Shown here in pieces: positions 18,630-28,028 of a stretch of DNA of 64,000 nucleotides (positions are counted from its first letter, which is position 1; each line of letters starts with the position of its first letter). The stretch is from contig JBBIVB010000001.1 in the NCBI GenBank assembly GCA_037439965.1, positions 31,895 through 95,894 on the forward strand, given 5' to 3'. The position numbers and the translations under genes are program-made. The notes beneath the pieces were generated by a model. The model made no database searches and had not been told where the DNA came from. It saw only the letters and a list, made by a program, of their open reading frames with translations. The stretch comes from Candidatus Veblenbacteria bacterium (GTDB taxonomy: Bacteria; Patescibacteriota; Patescibacteriia; Veblenbacterales; UBA10138).

Positions 18630-20123
18630 ATGGTATTTCTTAGTAAAAAAATAATTTACCGTTTATGGGAAATGCTACCTGGGTTTTTAACTTGGGCAAC
18701 TCTCTTAGGGTGTGTGGTTATTTCTATAGTTCGCCCGATGTGGGCTATTTATTTTATTATTATTTTTGATTTGTATTGGCTATGGCGGGTGATATACTTA
18801 GCAATTTATATTTTAATCTCCTGGCATAAATACCGCAGGGATGTAAAAATTAACTGGTTTTTGGAAGCAAAAAAACTGCCGCGCTTTAATGAAATCTATC
18901 ATATAGTTTTCTTACCTACCTATAAAGAACCAATAGAAGTAATTAGATTATCTTTAAAATCATTAGCTCATAATAACTATCCTTTAACCAGAATGATAGT
19001 TGTCTTAGGTGGAGAAGCAAGAGATAAGGAAAAATTTCAAGTTACTGCCGAGACATTAAAGCAAGAATTTGCTGGAACTTTTTATAAATTTTTAGTAACC
19101 CTACACCCCGACGATATAGTGGGGGAGTTAGCTGGTAAGGGTTCTAATATCCATTGGATGGGATTACGTGCCAAAGAATTAATAGACCAATTACAAATTC
19201 CTTATTCTAATATTATTGTCTCCACTTTTGATGTAGATACCTGTGTATCTCATCACTACTTCTCCTATTTAACCTATAAATATCTAACTCATCCACATCC
19301 AGAACGTTCAAGTTTTCAACCGGTAGCTATTTATAATAATAATATTTGGGAATCATACTCTTTGAATAGAATTATTGCTTATTCCACCACCTTCTGGTTA
19401 TTTTCTGATATGGCCCGCTTAGACCGACTTTGTACTTTTTCCTCGCATTCTATGTCTTGGCGGACTTTAGTTGAGGTGGGTTTTTGGCAAAATGATGTGG
19501 TGTCGGAGGATTCGCGTATTTTCTGGCAATGCTTTACTCATTATCATGGCAACTACTCAGTAACGCCACTTTTTTTACCAGTGTCTATGGATACTGTTTA
19601 TACAGGCAAATTATGGAGCACGATGGTAAATCAATATAAACAACAGCGACGCTGGGCTTATGGTGCAGAAAATATACCCTATGTAGCAATACACTTTTGT
19701 TATGATAAACAAATACCGCTGGGTAAAAAATTAAAGCAGTTTTTTAATTTAGTGGAGGGTTATTATTCCTGGGCTACCGCGCCAATTATTATTTTCCTGC
19801 TCGGACGCTTACCTTTATATTTCTTAAGTGGAGAAGAAGAACAAAGTTTAATAGCCCATAATGCCCCAATTATTCTTAACTGGTTGATGATTTTAGCTAT
19901 GATTGGTTTGCTTTTAAGTGCTATTTTGTCAGTGATTTTACTACCACCCAAGCCTCAACATCACCCAAATTTAAAATATGTGGTAATGATTTTGCAGTGG
20001 CTATTATTCCCTATAGCTATGTTATTTTTTAGTGCCTTGCCGGCTATTGATGCCCAAACTAGATTACTTTTAGGAAAATATATGGGCTTTTGGGTAACGG
20101 CTAAACAGCGGAGTAAAACTTAA
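18630..20123 (+). CDS. Integral-membrane processive-type glycosyltransferase family 2
   Basis: PTYKE, GKGSN, FDVD, SEDSR, QQRRWAYG (D,D,D,QxxRW); flanking TM helices; likely start ATG 18630. Confidence 0.88.
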   Translation: MVFLSKKIIYRLWEMLPGFLTWATLLGCVVISIVRPMWAIYFIIIFDLYWLWRVIYLAIYILISWHKYRRDVKINWFLEAKKLPRFNEIYHIVFLPTYKEPIEVIRLSLKSLAHNNYPLTRMIVVLGGEARDKEKFQVTAETLKQEFAGTFYKFLVTLHPDDIVGELAGKGSNIHWMGLRAKELIDQLQIPYSNIIVSTFDVDTCVSHHYFSYLTYKYLTHPHPERSSFQPVAIYNNNIWESYSLNRIIAYSTTFWLFSDMARLDRLCTFSSHSMSWRTLVEVGFWQNDVVSEDSRIFWQCFTHYHGNYSVTPLFLPVSMDTVYTGKLWSTMVNQYKQQRRWAYGAENIPYVAIHFCYDKQIPLGKKLKQFFNLVEGYYSWATAPIIIFLLGRLPLYFLSGEEEQSLIAHNAPIILNWLMILAMIGLLLSAILSVILLPPKPQHHPNLKYVVMILQWLLFPIAMLFFSALPAIDAQTRLLLGKYMGFWVTAKQRSKT

Positions 20124-20125
20124 TT

Positions 20126-20470
20126 TAATCTTGACCTAAAAACCACCAAATTAGTTAAACAGATTTTTTTAAGATATTATCGCTTCTTCTTCATTAACTA
20201 GGCGCGGCTGAAAATAATCTTCAATAATTACAGGTATCAATCGTAGTTCGGCGATGCTGATTTCTTTGCTTTTAACCAAAGTTACTCTTTCAACATTAAA
20301 CCTTCGCGTGTCTCCTGGCTATACATGTGGTAGCTAACTGCTTTTTTAATACCACTGGCGTCAAGACTATATCAACCGACTGTTCAAGCCACAAAAACAG
20401 CAGCAAGAAAAACGGCATTACTGAATAAATTATGAGTAAAATAAAAATCAACCAAAGATAACGTAATATA
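20126..20470 (-). pseudogene. CapA-family (poly-gamma-glutamate synthesis-like) remnant
   Basis: Frameshifted pieces MYSQETREGLMLK and LRLIPVIIEDYFQPRLVNEEEA resemble the CapA C-terminus; catalytic core absent. Confidence 0.5.
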
Positions 20471-20471
20471 A

Positions 20472-21404
20472 TTAACCAAGCTTACTACTAATAAAATTTT
20501 TGTGGCCTAAAATAAAATTCTGAGCTGATAACGCTTTACCGCCAGCTAATTGTAATTCTTTAATTTCCAATGCCATATCTTGAGCATCGACTAATAATTT
20601 ACCATTTTGATAACGAACCAATCCGGTTGAGACGGCTGGTTCCTGACTTAATGAAATTTTTGATAATTTAACACGCTTTTTTTGCCAAAAAGTATAAATA
20701 CCAGGCCATGAAACATACGCCCGCCATTGGTTATAAATTGTTTGTGCGTTTTGCTGCCAATTAATCTGCCCGTCTTCGCGTTTAATAATTTTACAAAAAG
20801 TAGCTTGGGTGTGGTCTTGGGGTAATAATTTAATTTCTTGGTTTAAATACTTAGGTAGATTTTCAACGAGCAATCTGGCAGCCGCTTTGGCTGATTTAAT
20901 TTCTAATTCATTTATTGTTTCGTCCAACGTTAGATTAATTTTAGTTTGGGCAATAATCGGACCATGATCAACTTCATTATCTAACTTGATTAAAGTTACA
21001 CCGCTTAGCTTCTCGCCAGCTAATAATACTGCTTGCAGAGGAGATGGGCCTCGCCATTTTGGTAAAAGCGAAGGATGAACATTAATAATGCCTTGGACAA
21101 ATAAAGAAATAATAGGAGAAGGAATAATTTTACCAAAAGACGCCAAAATCGCTAATTTACAGTTAGTTTGGGTTAATTTTTCTAAAATCGTTTGATTTTT
21201 AAAACTAGTAACTTCTAAATATGCCAAATTATGCTGCTGACAAAAAAGAATAAGTGAGCTTGGTTGGAGAATTTGTTTACGGCCAGAGGGTTTGGTTTGA
21301 GGGACAACGACTAACTTGGGCTGGAAACTTTGACAAACCAATTCTTCTAAAACTACTTGGGAGAAACTACTGGAACCAAAAAAAACATAATCAAAATTTG
21401 CCAT
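20472..21404 (-). CDS. fmt: Methionyl-tRNA formyltransferase
   Basis: INVHPSLLPKWRGPSPLQ, VDHGPII, WPG. Confidence 0.96.
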   Translation of the reverse strand: MANFDYVFFGSSSFSQVVLEELVCQSFQPKLVVVPQTKPSGRKQILQPSSLILFCQQHNLAYLEVTSFKNQTILEKLTQTNCKLAILASFGKIIPSPIISLFVQGIINVHPSLLPKWRGPSPLQAVLLAGEKLSGVTLIKLDNEVDHGPIIAQTKINLTLDETINELEIKSAKAAARLLVENLPKYLNQEIKLLPQDHTQATFCKIIKREDGQINWQQNAQTIYNQWRAYVSWPGIYTFWQKKRVKLSKISLSQEPAVSTGLVRYQNGKLLVDAQDMALEIKELQLAGGKALSAQNFILGHKNFISSKLG

Positions 21405-21873
21405 ATTGACTCAATAAGTCTTGACCGCTGGTTATCTTACTTACTTTATCGGTAAATAAAATACCATTTAAGTGGTCTACTTCATGCTGATAAACTCTAG
21501 CTAGTAAACCAGTTAATCGTTCTGTAATAGTTTTACCAAATTCATCTTGATAATGTGCCGTTACTGAATTAGGTCTTTTGACGATGCCAAATACTCCTGG
21601 TACTGATAAACACCCTTCTTCTATTTTTACCTTACGCCAAGATTTGTTTAATAATTGAGGATTAAAAAATACCCTCGGGCCTTGACTAGTATTAATAACT
21701 ATTAATTTAATACTAAAACCAACCTGCGGCGCGGCTAAACCAATGCCGTCGTGAATCATCATCGCCTTACACATCTCTGGCACTAATTTAACCATCTCTT
21801 GAGTTAAAGGAAAAGTTATCATCTCGGTTTTTTGGCGTAATATCTTATTAGGAACTGTTATAATTTTTAACAT
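21391..21873 (-). CDS. def: Peptide deformylase
   Basis: GIGLAAPQVG, EGCLSVP, QHEVDHLNG; likely start ATG 21873. Confidence 0.97.
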   Translation of the reverse strand: MLKIITVPNKILRQKTEMITFPLTQEMVKLVPEMCKAMMIHDGIGLAAPQVGFSIKLIVINTSQGPRVFFNPQLLNKSWRKVKIEEGCLSVPGVFGIVKRPNSVTAHYQDEFGKTITERLTGLLARVYQHEVDHLNGILFTDKVSKITSGQDLLSQYGKF

Positions 21874-21880
21874 ATCTAAT

Positions 21881-23737
21881 TTAAGATAAAATAAACCTTG
21901 GCTCTCTGTCAATAATTAACTGACGAGGTAGGAAAGGCCACAAACTTTCTATTTTAAATTTTTTAGGACACTTTAATAACAAATGATAAATATACTGTCC
22001 GTGTTCTATTATTCTGCTATCCGCATAAATAGGGGAGAGGACCAACTCACTGGATAAAACTTTAATTAACTGCTGGCGAAGTTTGATGATTGCCTGACGA
22101 GCTTTCAGCTGATTTTTATTTTTAACCGACAAACGCACTAATTGACTAAACGGCGGCCAATAATATAACTGCCGATAAGACAAAAGATAACGATAAAACT
22201 GATTATTGTTAGTTAAATATTTAAGCACGGGCGATTCAGGAAAATTAGTTTCTAATAACACACTAACACTATCAGACTCGCTTAATATTTTACGCAAAAT
22301 AGCCCCAGCGGTTTCTTCAGCTCTAAATTCTGGTGATAATAAATTTTGGTCAAAGGAAGTAATTACTAATAATGCAAAATCAGCTACTTTAGCATAATCC
22401 CAAATCAAAGAGGTACTAATTACTATCTGAGCAGATTTAATCTCTTTGACGGTAATTTTTGTTTTTGTATTATAATCCACTCGACAAATATGAACGTCGG
22501 GATACCGCTGTCGACAAGCATGCTCTATTTCTTGACTACCAACACCTAAAAACTTCCATTGCACATTTTGACACTTAGGGCAACGAGCTGGTAATTCACT
22601 AATAGTTTGACAATTGTGACAAGCTAGCTTTCTTTTATCATGATGCCAAGATAAGGGTTTTAAACATTTTTGACACCGGGGTATATATTTACAATCACGA
22701 CAAAAAACAGCAGTAGATGAACCTAAACGGTTATGCCAAATTAACACTTTTTGTTTACTCTCTAAACTAGCAGTAATTTGTTCCCATGAACTTAAAGCTA
22801 ATTGTTTGCTAACTGTAGGATTAGCCGAGATATCAACTATGGTAAGCCGCCCACTAAACAATAAACCTAGGTTTTGCAATTGCCATTCTTTATTCATTAA
22901 ATAATAATCTTCGGCTCTAGGCGCTGGCGTAACCTGTGCTAGGGAACAACCATAAATTTGTTTAAGCCAACGCGCTACTTCTATACTATTGTAACGAGGA
23001 TTTTGGTCATACTGTTTATAATTTTCATCATCACCATAATCTATAATTACACCACCTAAATTTAACCAGGGTAAAAACAATGCTGATCTGGTGCCGATAA
23101 TTATTTTAGCCTCGCCGGTAAATACTTTTTGCCAAGTTATTCTTTTAGCTGAAGTTTTTAATTCAGAATGCCAGCCAACTATTTGATTAGCTTGGAATAA
23201 TTTATTCTGCCAATCTAAAATTAATTTAATATTAGGCACTAATAATAAAACTTGCTGTTGCCGCCCTATTACTTTATTTATTGCTGCTTGGATAAATTTT
23301 TCTGCCTCTAGTCTTTGCCCATAAGTAATCAACAAAGGTTTTGACGTAGGTAGAGCTTTTTTTATTTTTTGTTGAGGCCTTATTATCACGTGCTCTTTGG
23401 TGGTTACTGGAAATGGTATAAATAATTGACTAGCAGTACTCATAGATACGGCGTAATAGTGAGCCAGTCTAGCTAATAATTTAAGTTGTCCAGAACTTAA
23501 AAACTTAGGCCATTTAATTGTTTGAATATCTTTTAGAGGATAGTTAGGCTTACTGGATTCAAAACCTAAAATTAAACCTAAGGTTTTTTGCTGGCGAAAA
23601 TTAACTTGCACTAAATCTCCAGCTGCTACTTGTCTTATTAGTTTAATTGGAACTTGATAAGAAAAAAAATCTTTATCACGGGGTAGACGGCCAAATAAAG
23701 CTACTCGAGCAACTTTTTTATAATGAGCAGTGTTCAT
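21881..23737 (-). CDS. priA: Primosomal protein N' with degenerate helicase motifs
   Basis: IIIGTRSALFLP, four CxxC zinc motifs, YKQYDQNPRY, WPPF; adjacent to def-fmt. Confidence 0.88.
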   Translation of the reverse strand: MNTAHYKKVARVALFGRLPRDKDFFSYQVPIKLIRQVAAGDLVQVNFRQQKTLGLILGFESSKPNYPLKDIQTIKWPKFLSSGQLKLLARLAHYYAVSMSTASQLFIPFPVTTKEHVIIRPQQKIKKALPTSKPLLITYGQRLEAEKFIQAAINKVIGRQQQVLLLVPNIKLILDWQNKLFQANQIVGWHSELKTSAKRITWQKVFTGEAKIIIGTRSALFLPWLNLGGVIIDYGDDENYKQYDQNPRYNSIEVARWLKQIYGCSLAQVTPAPRAEDYYLMNKEWQLQNLGLLFSGRLTIVDISANPTVSKQLALSSWEQITASLESKQKVLIWHNRLGSSTAVFCRDCKYIPRCQKCLKPLSWHHDKRKLACHNCQTISELPARCPKCQNVQWKFLGVGSQEIEHACRQRYPDVHICRVDYNTKTKITVKEIKSAQIVISTSLIWDYAKVADFALLVITSFDQNLLSPEFRAEETAGAILRKILSESDSVSVLLETNFPESPVLKYLTNNNQFYRYLLSYRQLYYWPPFSQLVRLSVKNKNQLKARQAIIKLRQQLIKVLSSELVLSPIYADSRIIEHGQYIYHLLLKCPKKFKIESLWPFLPRQLIIDREPRFILS

Positions 23738-23740
23738 AAT

Positions 23741-24505
23741 CTACCAGGTAACACTAGTGATTAATTGATGAATTAAACCGTCGTCTTCGTCAGCTAGAAT
23801 TAAAGTTTTAACTTGCGTGTCAAGTAAAATATACATCAAAGATAAGGGTAAAAGACAATTTTCTTGCACCGCTTGACGTAATTTATTATCTAACTCCAAT
23901 AAACGCGAATAATTCGCAGTTTTTAAAATTTTTCTTAAATTAGTAATATAAATTTTATAATCACCTTGTTCTTTTTGGGGAATGTGGGCGGGGATACCAG
24001 CAGCTAGAACTACTATCTTTTCAGGGCGCGAACTAAAAAAATCCTGCATAATTTTTCCTATATGCAATAAATCGTCCATCGGTAACAGGGGCGATAAATT
24101 TATCGGCGCTACTAAGCAATCAATTTGACTATAAAATAAAGGAATAGCAATATCGGTTGGTAATTCAGGGACGGTTCTTAAGGGTACGCTGATTTTCTTT
24201 TCTAAAAACTCTTTTAAAGAATGAATAAAGCCGGTTGCCCCTGAAAATTTTTTATGAGTTACTAAATCTCCTACGGTATGGAAATTTGCTAGATAATCAG
24301 ATTGTTGCCAAAACCACAACGGGATATTATCCCACGTATTGCTTTGGGTAATAATTACTACCACTTCAGGACGGTGTTTTCTTATAATCCTGGCTAATTT
24401 AGCCAAAGCATGGCTAGTAATAGTTAGCTTACTACGAAATTTAGATTTAATACCCGGCAGAAAATATGGTGTGTTGGTAATAAAACCAGCAGCTACGATT
24501 GGCAT
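23741..24505 (-). CDS. LigB/Memo-like (extradiol dioxygenase class III fold) protein, divergent
   Basis: MPIVAAGFITNTPYFLP..., PEVVVII, KIVVLAAG..AH, ENC layout. Confidence 0.55.
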   Translation of the reverse strand: MPIVAAGFITNTPYFLPGIKSKFRSKLTITSHALAKLARIIRKHRPEVVVIITQSNTWDNIPLWFWQQSDYLANFHTVGDLVTHKKFSGATGFIHSLKEFLEKKISVPLRTVPELPTDIAIPLFYSQIDCLVAPINLSPLLPMDDLLHIGKIMQDFFSSRPEKIVVLAAGIPAHIPQKEQGDYKIYITNLRKILKTANYSRLLELDNKLRQAVQENCLLPLSLMYILLDTQVKTLILADEDDGLIHQLITSVTW

Positions 24506-24507
24506 AT

Positions 24508-25920
24508 TTAAAATGGTTCTCCTATAGCTTCTCCTAATTCATGTGCATTAATGGCTCCATCTGTAGTAACAATAATATTTTTACTCTCATAACCCAATTC
24601 TTGGAAAGCATCCTCGGTTAAAATTGGACGACGTTTACTATTAGAAATTACATAGACTGTGGGATTGGTCTGAGAACGAACTAGGTCACCATCTTTAAAC
24701 AATAGCGGATCACCAGTTGGAAATTTCTCTAACTCTTGAGTGGTCATCTTTTTAGTTACTTTGCGTGAACCAAAGTTAGCTTTAAGTATTTCTCGTGAAA
24801 AAATGGGGTGTTTAATATTATCCTGCACCCAATAAACACCACCTGATTTCTTATCTTGAATTAATTGACCTAAAGGATATATGGACTCTTCGGTAATTGG
24901 TTGACCTTCTTTATACGCCGCTAAATCTTCCCAAGAAACATTAATAATTTCTTCGGGATTAATACCTATTTGCTTTAAAGCTTTTTTAGAAGCAAAGCCG
25001 CGAATTATACCATTAGGCATTAGGATGTAAACTGTGCCACTCGGTGATTTTAAGAAAGAGTAAACCGTAAACTTAATAGGACTACCCTCAGGATATTTTT
25101 GTAATTCTCTCAAACTTACAGTTAATACACGATCAAAATTTGGATAGTAAGATAAATAAACAGCACGCGAACTAAACTTATGACGTTCACCATCTTTAAT
25201 TAACCAAACTTCACGTTTACCTTCTACATTTAATAAACTACCATCTGGATAGATACGAGAAAAATATTTATTCCAAAGATACCACAATAACTCATTACCT
25301 TCTAGATGTGGAGTATAAGTATAAAGAATAGCAGTAGCTTTATTAGCTGGAACAACAGTTTTGCCGTCTACCCGCTTGGCTATCCCTGGGCCAAAACCAA
25401 AAGGGGTTTTGCCGGTAGAGATTAATGCTGGTAAATATTTTTCTCTAATAATTTTAGCTGCCCAAATAACTTGATTAAAAAATCCTTTATATTTAAGCAA
25501 TAAAGGATCATCCATACTGCAAGTATCACATAAAGCGTACCCTGTCGCCCAATCAAATCTTTTATCAGTTGTATTATTACTTTCAATTAAACCTTGTTCT
25601 TTTTGTAGCAAAACTAAAAGATATTTAGGATTGATTTGATAAGTTTGAGAAGCGTAATAGATTATTTTTAAGGCTGACCAATTAGTAATGGGGTCGGTAT
25701 AAGAAAGTAGAGGGCTATTTTTATCTTGCAAAAATTTTTCTATTTGTTCCAAAGTCAAAGATTGATAATCTAAAATATCCTGATCCAATAAAATATAGGT
25801 CGGATCAAATTTAGATTGAGCTATGGCTGATATAGGCCAACTTAGTATGGAAAGTAACAACCAAAGGGCATTAATTTTTGTTACAATTTTTGTTTGTATC
25901 ATATTCAAATTATACAACAA
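24508..25920 (-). CDS. Secreted protein: N-terminal putative lysozyme-like domain plus ~4 C-terminal beta repeats
   Basis: Signal peptide; INPKYLLVLLQKEQGL, ATGYALCDTC, NKATAILYTYTPH; repeats of the type PDGSLL..EG..EVWLI. Confidence 0.6.
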   Translation of the reverse strand: MLYNLNMIQTKIVTKINALWLLLSILSWPISAIAQSKFDPTYILLDQDILDYQSLTLEQIEKFLQDKNSPLLSYTDPITNWSALKIIYYASQTYQINPKYLLVLLQKEQGLIESNNTTDKRFDWATGYALCDTCSMDDPLLLKYKGFFNQVIWAAKIIREKYLPALISTGKTPFGFGPGIAKRVDGKTVVPANKATAILYTYTPHLEGNELLWYLWNKYFSRIYPDGSLLNVEGKREVWLIKDGERHKFSSRAVYLSYYPNFDRVLTVSLRELQKYPEGSPIKFTVYSFLKSPSGTVYILMPNGIIRGFASKKALKQIGINPEEIINVSWEDLAAYKEGQPITEESIYPLGQLIQDKKSGGVYWVQDNIKHPIFSREILKANFGSRKVTKKMTTQELEKFPTGDPLLFKDGDLVRSQTNPTVYVISNSKRRPILTEDAFQELGYESKNIIVTTDGAINAHELGEAIGEPF

Positions 25921-25991
25921 ATAAATAATTTACACAATAAAACTCTGGATTAGAGAAAAGGTTAATAAAATGGTATAATAAATTAACTACT

Positions 25992-26513
25992 ATGAGATTA
26001 TTTTTTGGCTGCTTTTTACCTCCGCCAATAATAGCTGATTTAACCAAATTATATCAGGAACTAGGAACTATTAAGGCTAAATTGGTGGAGCCACATAATC
26101 TGCATCTTAATTTAGTATTTATAGGAGAAGTTAAAGAGAGCGATTTAGCAAAGGTGATAAAAATAGGGGAGTTAGCAGCCAGTCAAAACCATATTTTAAA
26201 AATTAAATTAGCAGGCTATGATTTAATACCAAATAAGCAAAAACCACGGGTACTGGCTATTAAAACTAAGGCAGACCAAGAGTTTAATTTACTGCAAAAA
26301 TGTCTTAGCCAAAACCTAGCCATTTTAGGCTATATTACTAATATCAAACCAGCCCATTTAACCCTAGCTAGATTAAAATCTGCTATTATAAATCCTTTAC
26401 CTGACTTTAATCCATTTTTTGCTAATATTAGCAAATTTTCTTTAATTAAAAGCCAACTTACATTCTCTGGCCCTATTTATACCCCATTACAATCATTTAA
26501 ATTGGCTTCCTGA
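25992..26513 (+). CDS. thpR: RNA 2',3'-cyclic phosphodiesterase (2H family)
   Basis: MRLFF, NLHLNLVFIG, AHLTLAR, KSQLTFSGPIY. Confidence 0.88.
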   Translation: MRLFFGCFLPPPIIADLTKLYQELGTIKAKLVEPHNLHLNLVFIGEVKESDLAKVIKIGELAASQNHILKIKLAGYDLIPNKQKPRVLAIKTKADQEFNLLQKCLSQNLAILGYITNIKPAHLTLARLKSAIINPLPDFNPFFANISKFSLIKSQLTFSGPIYTPLQSFKLAS

Positions 26514-26593
26514 GTATTGTTCTGGTTTGTGTTATATTTATTTTTTGTTTATTAGGTACCTAAATTAGACTTTTTAAAACTTGGAATCTACTT

Positions 26594-28024
26594 ATGAGCA
26601 TTAGAGTAAGATTTGCACCATCACCCACAGGCGAACTCCATATTGGTGGAGCGAGAACTGCTTTATATAATTATCTGGTAGCTAAAAAAGCGGGTGGACA
26701 ATTTATTTTACGTTTAGAAGATACCGACCAAGAAAGATACATTAAAGGTAGCGAACAAAGACTTCTAGACGATTTATTGTGGCTTGGATTATCTTGGGAT
26801 GAAGGACCTGATATTGGTGGATATCATGGACCATATATTCAATCACAACGCTTAAAAATATACCAAGAACATGCTCAAAAATTACTAGCCAGCGGCGAAG
26901 CTTATTATTGTTTTTGTTCTGAAGACAGATTGCAAACTTTACGGAAGGAACAAACGGCCTCGGGACAACCTACTAAATATGATCGCCATTGTCTTAGTTT
27001 AAATAAAGAACAAATTAAAAATAAAATTAAAGAGGCTGGTAAATATGTTATACGACTAAAGATTCCCGATGGTTTCACTCAATTTACTGATTCCATACAT
27101 GGTCAAATAAAAGTTGATAATCAAACTATTGATGATCAAATATTAATAAAATCTGATGGTTATCCAACTTATCATTTAGCCTGTGTAGTAGACGACCATT
27201 TAATGGAAATAACTAATGTGATTAGGGGGGAAGAGTGGCTACCTTCTACACCCAAACATGTTTTACTATATCAAGCTTTTGGTTGGACCCCGCCCACTTG
27301 GACACATTTACCCAATGTTTTAAATACACAACGTGTTAAATTATCTAAACGTAAAGATGGAGAGACTGTTTGGTTATCAACCTATAGGCGACAAGGTTAT
27401 TTACCAGCAGCTTTAATTAACTTTTTGGCGCTACTTGGTTGGCATCCTCATGATAATCGTGAATTATTTACCCTGGCAGAGTTAGTAAAAGAATTTGATT
27501 TAGCCAGAGTACAAAAAGCTGGAGCAATTTTTGATTTGGATAAATTGTATTGGTTTAACGCTCAATATATTAAAAAGATGGAAATAACAACTTTGGATAA
27601 ATTATTAAAAGATTTTTATCCCCAAACAAAATTTAATACCTTACCCTTAACTCAAATTTTACAAACACGTTTGACTACTTTAGCCGAAGTTAAAACTATT
27701 GCTGAATTTTTTTTTGTAGATCAAGTAAGTTTAACTAAAAATAAATTAATACCAAAAGATAGCTTCCTAGAAGATACAATTAAAGCTCTGGGATTGAGTA
27801 AAGAAAAGCTTAGTAAATTAACTCACTGGGAAATATCGGCTTTGCAAAACTGTTTAACTAATCTAATAGCAGAATATAATTTTACTCGTCGGCAAGTTTT
27901 GTGGCCCATTAGAGTAGCTTTAACTGGTCAAGAGAAATCACCTGATGTTTTTGATGTTTTGTGGGCCTTGGGTAAAGAAAGAAGTTTGGTTAGGATTGAG
28001 CGTGCTTTGAGTTTATTAACTTAA
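26594..28024 (+). CDS. gltX: Glutamate--tRNA ligase
   Basis: RVRFAPSPTGELHIGG, RLEDTD, VIRGEEW, KLSKR. Confidence 0.98.
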   Translation: MSIRVRFAPSPTGELHIGGARTALYNYLVAKKAGGQFILRLEDTDQERYIKGSEQRLLDDLLWLGLSWDEGPDIGGYHGPYIQSQRLKIYQEHAQKLLASGEAYYCFCSEDRLQTLRKEQTASGQPTKYDRHCLSLNKEQIKNKIKEAGKYVIRLKIPDGFTQFTDSIHGQIKVDNQTIDDQILIKSDGYPTYHLACVVDDHLMEITNVIRGEEWLPSTPKHVLLYQAFGWTPPTWTHLPNVLNTQRVKLSKRKDGETVWLSTYRRQGYLPAALINFLALLGWHPHDNRELFTLAELVKEFDLARVQKAGAIFDLDKLYWFNAQYIKKMEITTLDKLLKDFYPQTKFNTLPLTQILQTRLTTLAEVKTIAEFFFVDQVSLTKNKLIPKDSFLEDTIKALGLSKEKLSKLTHWEISALQNCLTNLIAEYNFTRRQVLWPIRVALTGQEKSPDVFDVLWALGKERSLVRIERALSLLT

Positions 28025-28028
28025 AATT

